Position numbers and translations under genes: made by a program. The notes under the pieces are model-generated. The model searched no databases and was not told where the DNA came from. It saw nothing but the letters and a program-made list of their open reading frames with translations. A DNA stretch of 61,595 nt from a virus, in the IMG/VR virus record IMGVR_UViG_3300049749_000001, positions 1 to 61,595 of that record; one strand, given 5' to 3'. This document shows positions 48,696 to 57,072 of this stretch, piece after piece. The first letter of the stretch is position 1. Each line of letters opens with the position of its first letter.

Positions 48696-50728
48696 GCGCC
48701 GTTCGTATCGCCGGATTCTCCGGCGTAGTCCCCAGGCTGGCCAAGCAGTTGCTTGCGCCGAATCAGGCGCAGATAGCCACCAATGCGATATTGACCTCCG
48801 GCGACCTTCGCCCCAGGAACGGACCCCTGCTGATCTTCAATCCCATTATCGAGAACGATATCGTCTCGATGTTCAGGATGGAGAAGGACGGCAACGAGAA
48901 GTGGCTGGCGTGGGATAAGGACGTCGACGTCGCACGCTCGCCAATCGCGGCCAATACCGAACGGCGTTTCTACTACACCGGCGATGGCGAGCCGCGTGTA
49001 TCGGAGTTTGACATGGCAACCGCGGGGGTTGGTCCCTATCCCGCGGCAAGCTACGTGTTAGGCGTTTCCCCTCCGGTCAATAAGGCAGTGGTAGCGCCAA
49101 CGGGCGGCGCCGGCGCGGACGTGACAAGGATCTACGTTTATACCTTTGTCACCGCCTGGGGGGAAGAATCCGCCCCATCGCCTGATTCCGTGCTGACAAC
49201 CGGCAAGACGGACGGCACCTGGGACATATCCGGCATAGATTCGCCGCCGTTGAATTCCGGTACCGTCACCAACGCGGTCAAGGACTCGCCAAGCGTGGGT
49301 TATGTGACCGTAACGCTCAATAGCGTTTATGGCATACGAGCTCACGAGGAAATCACCTTTGACGCGGTAGCGGGCATGACTGACATTAACGGTACCTTTC
49401 CGCTTGTCAGCGTGGATCCGGGTACCAATACCGTCGTGCTGCTGCTATCCACTACCCAAACTTACACGGCGGGCGGCACCTGGGACCGCGTTGCGCCGCA
49501 CAACACCTCGAGCATGACCAAGCGGATATACCGCACGCTCACCACTGCAAGCGGTACCGAGTACCACTATGTCGTTACCTTGGCCGGGACAGCCTCAACT
49601 TACAGCGACACGATGAGCGACGAGGATATCGCCCTGGCTGAAGTATTGCCTTCGGCCAAGTGGCTGATGCCACCGGCGAACATGAAGGGCATTGTGATTC
49701 TGCCAAACGGGATTGCGTGCGGGTTCTTCGGCAACGAGGTTTGTTTTGCCGAACCGTTCAAGCCCTACGCGTGGCCGGCGGCTTACCGACAACCGTACGA
49801 CCAGGACATAGTTGCAATCGGGATCACGGGCACTACTCTCGTGGGAATGACGGAAGGCAACCCTTTCACGATCACGGGCGTTGAACCCGTGACGATGGGC
49901 GGCGGTATGGAAAAGCTCGCCGTGGCGTGGCCGTGCATGAGCAAGCGGGGCGTGGCGAGTTTTGCCTTCGGCGTTGGGTACCCGGCGCCCCAGGGTCTAG
50001 TCATCATCGGCATGAGCAGCGACGTGGTAACAAAAGACCTGTTCACGCAAAAGGAATGGGCGGAACTCAACCCGGCGACGTTCATTGCCGCCACTGGCGA
50101 TAACCGTTACTACGCGGGGCATGAGGTCGCCGGCAGTTCGCTCATGTTCGTCATCGACAAGGCGGAAGCCGCATCCTTCATTACCGTGAACCAGGGCATT
50201 ACAGCGATATGGACGGACCCGGCAACGGGCAAGCTGTACGTTGCTATCAACAAGAAAATCTACCAGTGGGAGGGCGATGTAGGCACCAAGCTCGCCTATG
50301 AGTGGCGCAGCAAGCAATTTGTCTATCCGTTGCCCATCAACTATGGCGCCGCCAAGATCGACGCGGATTTTGGCATGACGGAAGCCGAACAGGAGGCAAC
50401 CCAGGCAACGTATGACGCCGCAATCGCAGCCAATCAGGCAATGATTACGGGCGATGCAATGAATGACGGCCTTGCGGACCCGTATCTCGGTGAATACGAG
50501 ATAGGCGGGGATGCCTTGCCAGTGATTCCGGCACTCGTCATCGACTCCCTGCAGTTCCAGCTATGGACAGATGGCCGACTCAGGTACACGAAACAGGTAG
50601 AGAACACGCGCGGCTTCCGGCTTCCTGCTGGCTACAAGTCAGACAACGCGGAGATTGTGCTATCGGGCAACGTCAAGGTAGCGGGCGTAGTGATTGCCGA
50701 GACTATGGACGGCCTGAAAAGCGCATAG
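48692..50728 (+). CDS. Large virion (tail-associated) structural protein (678 aa)
   Basis: ORF 48590..50728. Start moved to GTG 48692, which overlaps the endolysin stop (GTGA). No enzymatic motif. Confidence 0.6.
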   Translation: MSAVRIAGFSGVVPRLAKQLLAPNQAQIATNAILTSGDLRPRNGPLLIFNPIIENDIVSMFRMEKDGNEKWLAWDKDVDVARSPIAANTERRFYYTGDGEPRVSEFDMATAGVGPYPAASYVLGVSPPVNKAVVAPTGGAGADVTRIYVYTFVTAWGEESAPSPDSVLTTGKTDGTWDISGIDSPPLNSGTVTNAVKDSPSVGYVTVTLNSVYGIRAHEEITFDAVAGMTDINGTFPLVSVDPGTNTVVLLLSTTQTYTAGGTWDRVAPHNTSSMTKRIYRTLTTASGTEYHYVVTLAGTASTYSDTMSDEDIALAEVLPSAKWLMPPANMKGIVILPNGIACGFFGNEVCFAEPFKPYAWPAAYRQPYDQDIVAIGITGTTLVGMTEGNPFTITGVEPVTMGGGMEKLAVAWPCMSKRGVASFAFGVGYPAPQGLVIIGMSSDVVTKDLFTQKEWAELNPATFIAATGDNRYYAGHEVAGSSLMFVIDKAEAASFITVNQGITAIWTDPATGKLYVAINKKIYQWEGDVGTKLAYEWRSKQFVYPLPINYGAAKIDADFGMTEAEQEATQATYDAAIAANQAMITGDAMNDGLADPYLGEYEIGGDALPVIPALVIDSLQFQLWTDGRLRYTKQVENTRGFRLPAGYKSDNAEIVLSGNVKVAGVVIAETMDGLKSA

Positions 50729-50741
50729 CACAAAAGGCGCC

Positions 50742-51009
50742 GGGTGAATAGGGTGAGGGGGTTCACCCCCAAGGGATCAGAGGGGTTCAACCCTTCTCGA
50801 ACACCGCATGAACAGGCGTTCCAGGGGTTCACCCCATAGGACGCCGGCATTTGGCTGACAACTATACATATCGAGGCTGACATGTATAGAAAACCGGACA
50901 TTCCTATACATATTTTTTGTTGCAGTGGGGAAAGTGGGAAAAGTGGGAAACGAGCAAATACGCCATTCCCCACCAGTTTCCCACCAGTTTCCCACCAGTT
51001 TCCCACCAG
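50742..51009. repeat. Repeat-dense intergenic region with three motif families
   Basis: GGGGTTCA(A)CCC occurs 3 times (50758, 50782, 50824). CTATACATAT occurs twice (50862, 50904) with an inverted copy at 50882-89. GTGGG(G)AAA occurs 3 times (50925-51), facing TT(T/C)CCCACCAG 4 times at an 11-bp period (50966-51009). Confidence 0.9.
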
Positions 51010-51029
51010 CCGCCACAAGCGGCTTTTTT
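51008..51029 (+). terminator. Intrinsic terminator immediately before the next tail gene
   Basis: AGCCGC-CACAA-GCGGCT followed by TTTTTT. It ends 13 nt before the ATG at 51043. Confidence 0.7.
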
Positions 51030-51042
51030 CATTCAGGCGCAC

Positions 51043-52551
51043 ATGGCTAATATTTACGTTCGCTCATCCGATGGCGATAACGCCGACTCCGGGGCGAGTT
51101 GGGCGCTGGCAAAGGCCACGCTTGCGGGAGCTGCTGCAATTGCGGTAGCAGGTGACACAATATATGTCTCGTCAGCGCATTCCGAGACGACCGCAGCCGC
51201 CATTGCCTTGACGTTCGCCAGCACGCTTGGCAACCCGGTCAGGATTCTGTCGGTCGATGACTCAGCCGAGCCGCCCACGGCGCTGCTGGCCGGTGCCACC
51301 ATCGCCACTACCGGCGCATCGAACATCACCACGTCGGGTTTCATCTACTGCGACGGCCTGCGCTTTCTATGCGGCGATGGTGCGAGTCTTGCGCAGATCC
51401 TTCTCGCCAACAACACCAACAACCTTCACAGATACCGGAACTGTTTTTTCTCGTTGCGAAGCACGATCACGACGGCGCACATTTATCCGGTCAACTCATC
51501 ATCGAGTTTGGGCGCAATTGCGGTGTGGGAAAACTGCACATTGAGCTTTGGCTCCAATGGGAATCGGCTGAAAATCCTCAATGGCAGGTTTTATTGGAAC
51601 GGTGGCGGGGTAACGTCAGTAACCGGAACCCCGGCATATCTTGTTGACCCCGGCGTGAATGTGACCATGCACTACGCCGAACTGAGCAACCTGGACCTGA
51701 GCGCCATCCCCACCACAACCAATCTGGTTGCGGTTGCAGGGGTGGGGATTACACGATTCAACGCCTGCAAACTCCCGGCAAGCTGGACCGGCAGTATTGC
51801 ATCGGGCACAAAAGTGGCCGGTGCGCGGGTAGAAGCATTCAATACCGATTCGGGCGATACCAATTACGGCGCGTGGATCGAGGATGGCTATGGGTCCATC
51901 CGGCAACATGCAACGCTCTACCTGTCCGGGACCAATGGCATAAAGCACAACGGCGCTGTCGTGCCCCTTTCCTACAAGATGACGGCGGAAAGTACCGCCA
52001 CTTACCCCTTCGGCCTTCTTGAAGGTATCTGGCGGGTATTCGTCAACGAATCCACTGCCTCCCAAACCATCACCCTTGAAGTTATCCACAACGACGCGGC
52101 GGCACTGACGGATGCGGATATATGGCTGGAAGCGGACTACCCGGCAGCAAGCGGCAGCACCCTGTTCACGCGCCTGACTGATGCCAAGGTAGACATTCTT
52201 GCGACCGCAACCGCGCAGGCCACATCGACAGCCGATTGGGACGATGGGCTGACAGAACGGGCGAATAGCACCGCTTACACCTTGGGCAATCTCATCAAAT
52301 CTTCCGGCACTCCCGGCAGCGCCTTTATCTGCACGGTGGCGGGCACCAGTGCGGCCAGCGTTCCAGCGGGATACACAGGCGCAGCCGATGGCGATGCGAT
52401 CACGGATGGCACCGCGACCTTCAAGGCCATGCGCAGGCAGAAGTTGACTGTGACCCTCACGGCGGCAGAGCAGGGAATTATCCGGGTGCGGCCAGTGCTG
52501 GCGAAGGCAAGCGCCATTGTTTACACAGCGGCCAAGCTGGCGGTGGCGTAA
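51043..52551 (+). CDS. Second beta-helix-type tail protein (502 aa)
   Basis: MANIYVRSSDGDNADSGASWALAKATLAGAAAIAVAGDTIYVSSAHSE is typical of right-handed beta-helix tail proteins. The ORF-track start at 50917 lies in the repeat region and was rejected. Confidence 0.6.
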   Translation: MANIYVRSSDGDNADSGASWALAKATLAGAAAIAVAGDTIYVSSAHSETTAAAIALTFASTLGNPVRILSVDDSAEPPTALLAGATIATTGASNITTSGFIYCDGLRFLCGDGASLAQILLANNTNNLHRYRNCFFSLRSTITTAHIYPVNSSSSLGAIAVWENCTLSFGSNGNRLKILNGRFYWNGGGVTSVTGTPAYLVDPGVNVTMHYAELSNLDLSAIPTTTNLVAVAGVGITRFNACKLPASWTGSIASGTKVAGARVEAFNTDSGDTNYGAWIEDGYGSIRQHATLYLSGTNGIKHNGAVVPLSYKMTAESTATYPFGLLEGIWRVFVNESTASQTITLEVIHNDAAALTDADIWLEADYPAASGSTLFTRLTDAKVDILATATAQATSTADWDDGLTERANSTAYTLGNLIKSSGTPGSAFICTVAGTSAASVPAGYTGAADGDAITDGTATFKAMRRQKLTVTLTAAEQGIIRVRPVLAKASAIVYTAAKLAVA

Positions 52552-52709
52552 TGGACCGTCAATGGATCGTGGACGGTGCATTGATTCAGGAACACAGCAC
52601 GCACCAGTACGTCGCAGAGGGCGTGCTTATTCAGGACACGGCCATCGCGTTCAATGTCGCGTGGGCGCGGAATGCAAACGCAATAATCACCACCGGGACG
52701 GTTAAATGA
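52551..52709 (+). CDS. Small hypothetical protein (52 aa, below the ORF-track cutoff)
   Basis: Hand-translated as MDRQWIVDGALIQEHSTHQYVAEGVLIQDTAIAFNVAWARNANAIITTGTVK. It has a TAATG overlap upstream and an ATGA overlap downstream. Confidence 0.45.
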   Translation: MDRQWIVDGALIQEHSTHQYVAEGVLIQDTAIAFNVAWARNANAIITTGTVK

Positions 52710-53350
52710 GGAAGAACGGGGCGGGGCAGATTGTAGGCGCTCAAATGAGTTCGTCCATGGACGGATCAGACTTTACCGGCGCGGTAACGTGCTACGTGAC
52801 CGGCGATGGCGGCACGCAGGCGGCAGGTTCGGTAGGGTCCGGCGCGTGTGTTCACGAGGGCAATGGATTCCATACCTACGCGCCCGCGCAGGCCGAGACC
52901 AACTATGACCATGTGGCTTTCACTTTTAAAGCGGCTGGCGCGGTAACGGCAACCATTCAGGTTTACCCGAATTTCCCGCAGACGGTAGACATTCAGACCC
53001 GGCTTCCTGCGGCGCTGGTTGGCGGGCGCATGGATAGCAACCTGTCCGCCATCGACAACTCCGCAACAACGCTTGCAGCCTTCACGCGTGCCGTCAAAAC
53101 CAACGTCATCGGCACCGTAGGGGTGGGTTCCACCCCTACGAGCATTGTCACCGCATCGTTGACGCCTGCCGGTTCCGTGGCCGACCAGTTCAAGGGTCTT
53201 TTGATCAAATTCGCGGACGACACGACCACGGCGGCATTGAGAGGCCAGGGCACGACGATCACCACCAACACCGCATCGGCCACCCCTACATTCACCTGTA
53301 CGGCGCTTACGACCCCGCCGGTAGCGGGCGATTCCTTCGTCCTGCTGTAA
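52706..53350 (+). CDS. Hypothetical virion protein (214 aa)
   Basis: Closed ORF in the tail module. Confidence 0.6.
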   Translation: MRKNGAGQIVGAQMSSSMDGSDFTGAVTCYVTGDGGTQAAGSVGSGACVHEGNGFHTYAPAQAETNYDHVAFTFKAAGAVTATIQVYPNFPQTVDIQTRLPAALVGGRMDSNLSAIDNSATTLAAFTRAVKTNVIGTVGVGSTPTSIVTASLTPAGSVADQFKGLLIKFADDTTTAALRGQGTTITTNTASATPTFTCTALTTPPVAGDSFVLL

Positions 53351-53677
53351 ATGGCGATCACACGGGCAGGATCGAGCGGCTTTGCAGCAAGGCCGCAAGG
53401 CAGCTTCGCCGGTAAAGGCGTAGTCGTCGACGTATTCTTGCCCGAAACCGGCCCAACGACAGGCAAGAAGCCGGGGATTCCGGCAGACGCGCCGGCATGG
53501 CTCAAGACCATGTTGGAAATATTGACCGGACGGCGCGGCAACCAGATTGCGATCCCTGCGCCGCGCGTGCTCACCTTTTCCGCAGTGCCGACAAAAGAAG
53601 AATGCGAAGCCCTCTATGCCTTGGTCAACGAGGTCCGGGATACACAAGCAAAAATCATTACGAGGTTCGATTCGTGA
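53351..53677 (+). CDS. Hypothetical virion-module protein (108 aa)
   Basis: Closed ORF. Its start abuts the previous stop. Confidence 0.55.
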   Translation: MAITRAGSSGFAARPQGSFAGKGVVVDVFLPETGPTTGKKPGIPADAPAWLKTMLEILTGRRGNQIAIPAPRVLTFSAVPTKEECEALYALVNEVRDTQAKIITRFDS

Positions 53678-54303
53678 ACGAAAGATTAGTGAAACTGCTT
53701 CTGGACAATTTCGGCAAGCCAATCACCGATGTTGTGGCGGCTGACATTTGCTTTGCGGCGGCGCAGCTTTCAACGCTGGTACCGCCCGAACACATCGCCA
53801 TGCTTCCCCGCGAATACCGGAAGGACGCTGTATTCGGCGTGGAGCGGATGGAGGACATTGCCGCCGAAGTAAAGCCGCTACACCTGGAACACTGGAGGGA
53901 AACCGAAGTACACCGGCACGGGCTCACCTTCAACATGGATTACGAGACGCTTATCCGCTACGAACAGGCGGGGCGCTTTGTCCTGTTCACGCTCAGAAGC
54001 GGCGGCGGAATGCTGGTAGGCAATTGCGGGATGTACCTGGACCGCAGCGTACATACCCAAACCTTGATTGCAACCGAGGACACGCTCTATTTATTGCCGG
54101 AAGCGCGACGTGGCAGGACCGCCGTGATGTTCGTGAAATACGTGGAGGACTCGCTGCGCAAGTTGGGCGTGAAGGAGATTGATATCACCGTCAAGACAGT
54201 GAACAAGGCAGCGCGATTTTTCACGATGCTCGGATACAAGCATGTCGAAAACGGATTAACCAAAGTACTGGAGGCAGAAAATGTGCAGCAAGAAACCGCC
54301 TAA
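53674..54303 (+). CDS. GNAT-fold N-acetyltransferase-like protein (209 aa)
   Basis: LYLLPEARRGRTAVMFVKYVEDSLRKLGVKEIDITVKTVNKAARFFTMLGYKHVE fits the GNAT motif A/B layout. The GTG start overlaps the upstream stop (GTGA). Confidence 0.6.
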   Translation: MNERLVKLLLDNFGKPITDVVAADICFAAAQLSTLVPPEHIAMLPREYRKDAVFGVERMEDIAAEVKPLHLEHWRETEVHRHGLTFNMDYETLIRYEQAGRFVLFTLRSGGGMLVGNCGMYLDRSVHTQTLIATEDTLYLLPEARRGRTAVMFVKYVEDSLRKLGVKEIDITVKTVNKAARFFTMLGYKHVENGLTKVLEAENVQQETA

Positions 54304-55378
54304 ACCCGACCCGCTCATTGGAGAAGCCGCAAGAGATAACGCCGCTCTCGCCAGGGAACAGCACGAGCTCGCCAAGGAACAGCTTGCCTGGGAGAAGGAC
54401 CGCGCCATCAAGCAGGATCCGCTCATCGAGAAAGTGGTTAACCAGCAGATTGCAAGCGGAGACGCCAACGCGGCGCGCGCGGAATCGCAATGGCAGATAT
54501 ACCGAGACCTGTTCGCCCCTATCGAGGAGCGCATGGTCAAGGATGCCAACGAATTCGACTCGCCGGAGCGCAAATCGCGCATGGCAGCGGAAGCCGGCGC
54601 GGACGTGGGGAGAGGCTACGACGCCGCGGCAGATACGAACCAGCGGCAGATGGAGCGCATGGGCATTAACCCGAACTCCGGGCGGTTTCAGGCAATGAAC
54701 AACGAAATGAGCATCAACCGCGCCAAGGATACGGCGGGCGCCATGAACAAGGCACGGCGCGACACTGAGCTCCTGGGCATGTCGCAACGGCAAAGCGCGG
54801 CAAACTTCGGGCGAAATATGCCCAATACCGGGCTTGCCGCGGATTCGGCCGCATTGACTGGCGGGAGCAACGCCATAGGCAACCTGAACGCGGGCAACGC
54901 GGCCAGGAACGCCAGCATGAACACCGCTCAGAACTGGTTCGGCGGGTCTCAGGGCGCCAACAGCAGCGCCGCCAATATCATGAACGCGCAGTACGGCAAC
55001 CAGCTTAACGCCTGGAATCAGAACGAGCAGAACAAGGCCGCATCCATGTCGGGGCTCGGTTCGCTGGCCGGCATGGGCGCGGCAATGCTCATGCGCAAGG
55101 GCGGCGTGATCAGGAACAACAGGCCGCACAGGCCGGCGTATTCAAAGCCGCGCTACAACTATGCCGCGGGCGGTCTCGTTCGGGGACCGGGCACGGGTAC
55201 CAGCGATTCCATTCCGGCAGTCATCGAGGGCGTGCAACCGGCGCGGCTATCGAACGGAGAGGCGGTACTGAATGCCGAGGCAGTGCAACTCGTGGGGGAG
55301 GATTTCGTGCACCGCATCAACTCAGTGGGGTTGTCGAGCTTGCCACCACGTAACCAGATTCCAGAAGGGGAGGGTTGA
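54281..55378 (+). CDS. Internal virion/ejection protein candidate (365 aa, N/Q/G/A-rich)
   Basis: Low-complexity middle region and C-terminus LVRGPGTGTSDSIPAVIEGVQPARLSNGEAVL. GGAGG RBS. It lies upstream of the giant gene. Confidence 0.55.
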   Translation: MCSKKPPKPDPLIGEAARDNAALAREQHELAKEQLAWEKDRAIKQDPLIEKVVNQQIASGDANAARAESQWQIYRDLFAPIEERMVKDANEFDSPERKSRMAAEAGADVGRGYDAAADTNQRQMERMGINPNSGRFQAMNNEMSINRAKDTAGAMNKARRDTELLGMSQRQSAANFGRNMPNTGLAADSAALTGGSNAIGNLNAGNAARNASMNTAQNWFGGSQGANSSAANIMNAQYGNQLNAWNQNEQNKAASMSGLGSLAGMGAAMLMRKGGVIRNNRPHRPAYSKPRYNYAAGGLVRGPGTGTSDSIPAVIEGVQPARLSNGEAVLNAEAVQLVGEDFVHRINSVGLSSLPPRNQIPEGEG

Positions 55379-57072
55379 TCATGAATTTTGGCGCATTCGC
55401 GGGCGGAATGGCGGGCGGGCTATCGCAAGGTATGCAGCTTAAGAACATGCAGCAAAGAACCGACATGGCCGGCAAGGAAGCGGACATGAAGGCGGAAGAG
55501 CATGGATGGAAAAAGGAAGATCGGGCAAAGATGCAGAATTTTTACGAACGCATGGGCAACGAGATAACGCCCGTGTCGTTTCGAGCCGATGGCGGTACGA
55601 ACAACTTGACGGCGGCAGCGACTCCCCAATCCTTTGCGCTAAAGCCACTGGCAGAACGCCCCTCGTTCGGCGCGGCACCGGGGGGGCTTGGCGGCAGCGC
55701 GATGGGTTCGGCAGTATCAGGCTTGAAGGGCGCAGCATCCGGCTTGATGGGCGCGGGGAAGGGCTTGCTAGGCGGGGCGGCGGGCTTGCTGAGCAAGTTT
55801 GCAGATGGCGGAATGGTGGATCTGGACGAAGAGTTTGTGCGCAACACCGGACCAAGCGCAACACAAATGCCGGATCCCCAGGCAATGCAGCAACAGCCGG
55901 CACAACCTGCGCAGCAGCAGCCGGCGAGCGCCAAGGAAAACATGATGCGGGCGATGTGGGACGGAAACGCCCTGCAGGATCCAGACAAGCTGACACAGGT
56001 GGCGCGTATCGCGCACGAGGAAGGGGTAGGCAACCTTATCGTCCCATGGCTTGAGCAAGCGTACGCGGCCAAGAAAAGCGGCAAGGTGAACGGGGTAATG
56101 AAGTTATTGCAGGGAGACGTTGACGGCGCCATTGACGATCTGGCCAAGGGCGGAATGAAGCTGGCGGACCGGCCAACCAAGGTGAACGACGACCCGGAAG
56201 ATCACAAGTGGAAGATCAACATCGAGGGCTCTGGCGAGCAAGTCATGGACCTGCACCAGTTGCTCGCTACCACGATGGACCCGGACAAGTACCGCGAACA
56301 CCATTTCAGCCGGAAGGACAAGGACCGGGAACATGGGCTGAAGCAGAATGAAGATGCGCGGAAGGAGCGGGAAACCACGGCTGACGTGGGACTCAAAGGC
56401 GCACAAGCCGAGTATTACAAGGGCGCCAAGACGAATGAAGCAATGGCGCGTGCGGGCAAGTACGGGCGCGACGGCAGCGGCAGCGGCACCGCAAAAGAGC
56501 ACATGGACAGGGTACTCAAGCGCCAGGATGCAACCATAGAAGATTTGAGTTCGGAACAGAACGAATCCGACAACAAATACTATGTGAACCCGAAAAAGCG
56601 CCAGATGTATTCAAACCTCGTCCTGGATACGGAAGAGGAATTGACGCGCCGCCTGGGACGTCCCTTGAAGGAAAACGAACACCACAAGATAACCAGTCTG
56701 CTTCGCACCGCACCGCTTGGAGACGCCGCAGGCATGGAACAGTGGGGTACCCAGGTATACCGGACATTTGGCGTGCAACCAGCGCAAGGGCAGCAAGCAG
56801 GACAAACACCGCCAGCGGGAACGCAACCGCCACCGGGCTCACTGGCCGCAACCGCGCAACCAGCAGCGGCACAGCCACCGGCACCCCCACCGGCAGCGCC
56901 GAGACTTGGCGGGCTGGCGGCACTGCAGCAGGAACAGGCTTTGCGCGACAAGATGAACGGGATACAGGCCGCATTGCAGAACCCGAACCTCTCGCCGGAA
57001 CAGAAACAGCAGCTCGCAATGCAAGCGCAACAAATCGCAACCATGACTGACGCCTACTACAAAGGCCGCTAA
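55375..57072 (+). CDS. Internal virion/ejection protein candidate (565 aa, Gly- and Gln-rich)
   Basis: GAAPGGLGGSAMGSAVSGLKGAASGLMGAGKGLLGGAAGLL and a Q/P/A-rich C-terminus. It abuts the giant gene. Confidence 0.55.
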   Translation: MIMNFGAFAGGMAGGLSQGMQLKNMQQRTDMAGKEADMKAEEHGWKKEDRAKMQNFYERMGNEITPVSFRADGGTNNLTAAATPQSFALKPLAERPSFGAAPGGLGGSAMGSAVSGLKGAASGLMGAGKGLLGGAAGLLSKFADGGMVDLDEEFVRNTGPSATQMPDPQAMQQQPAQPAQQQPASAKENMMRAMWDGNALQDPDKLTQVARIAHEEGVGNLIVPWLEQAYAAKKSGKVNGVMKLLQGDVDGAIDDLAKGGMKLADRPTKVNDDPEDHKWKINIEGSGEQVMDLHQLLATTMDPDKYREHHFSRKDKDREHGLKQNEDARKERETTADVGLKGAQAEYYKGAKTNEAMARAGKYGRDGSGSGTAKEHMDRVLKRQDATIEDLSSEQNESDNKYYVNPKKRQMYSNLVLDTEEELTRRLGRPLKENEHHKITSLLRTAPLGDAAGMEQWGTQVYRTFGVQPAQGQQAGQTPPAGTQPPPGSLAATAQPAAAQPPAPPPAAPRLGGLAALQQEQALRDKMNGIQAALQNPNLSPEQKQQLAMQAQQIATMTDAYYKGR

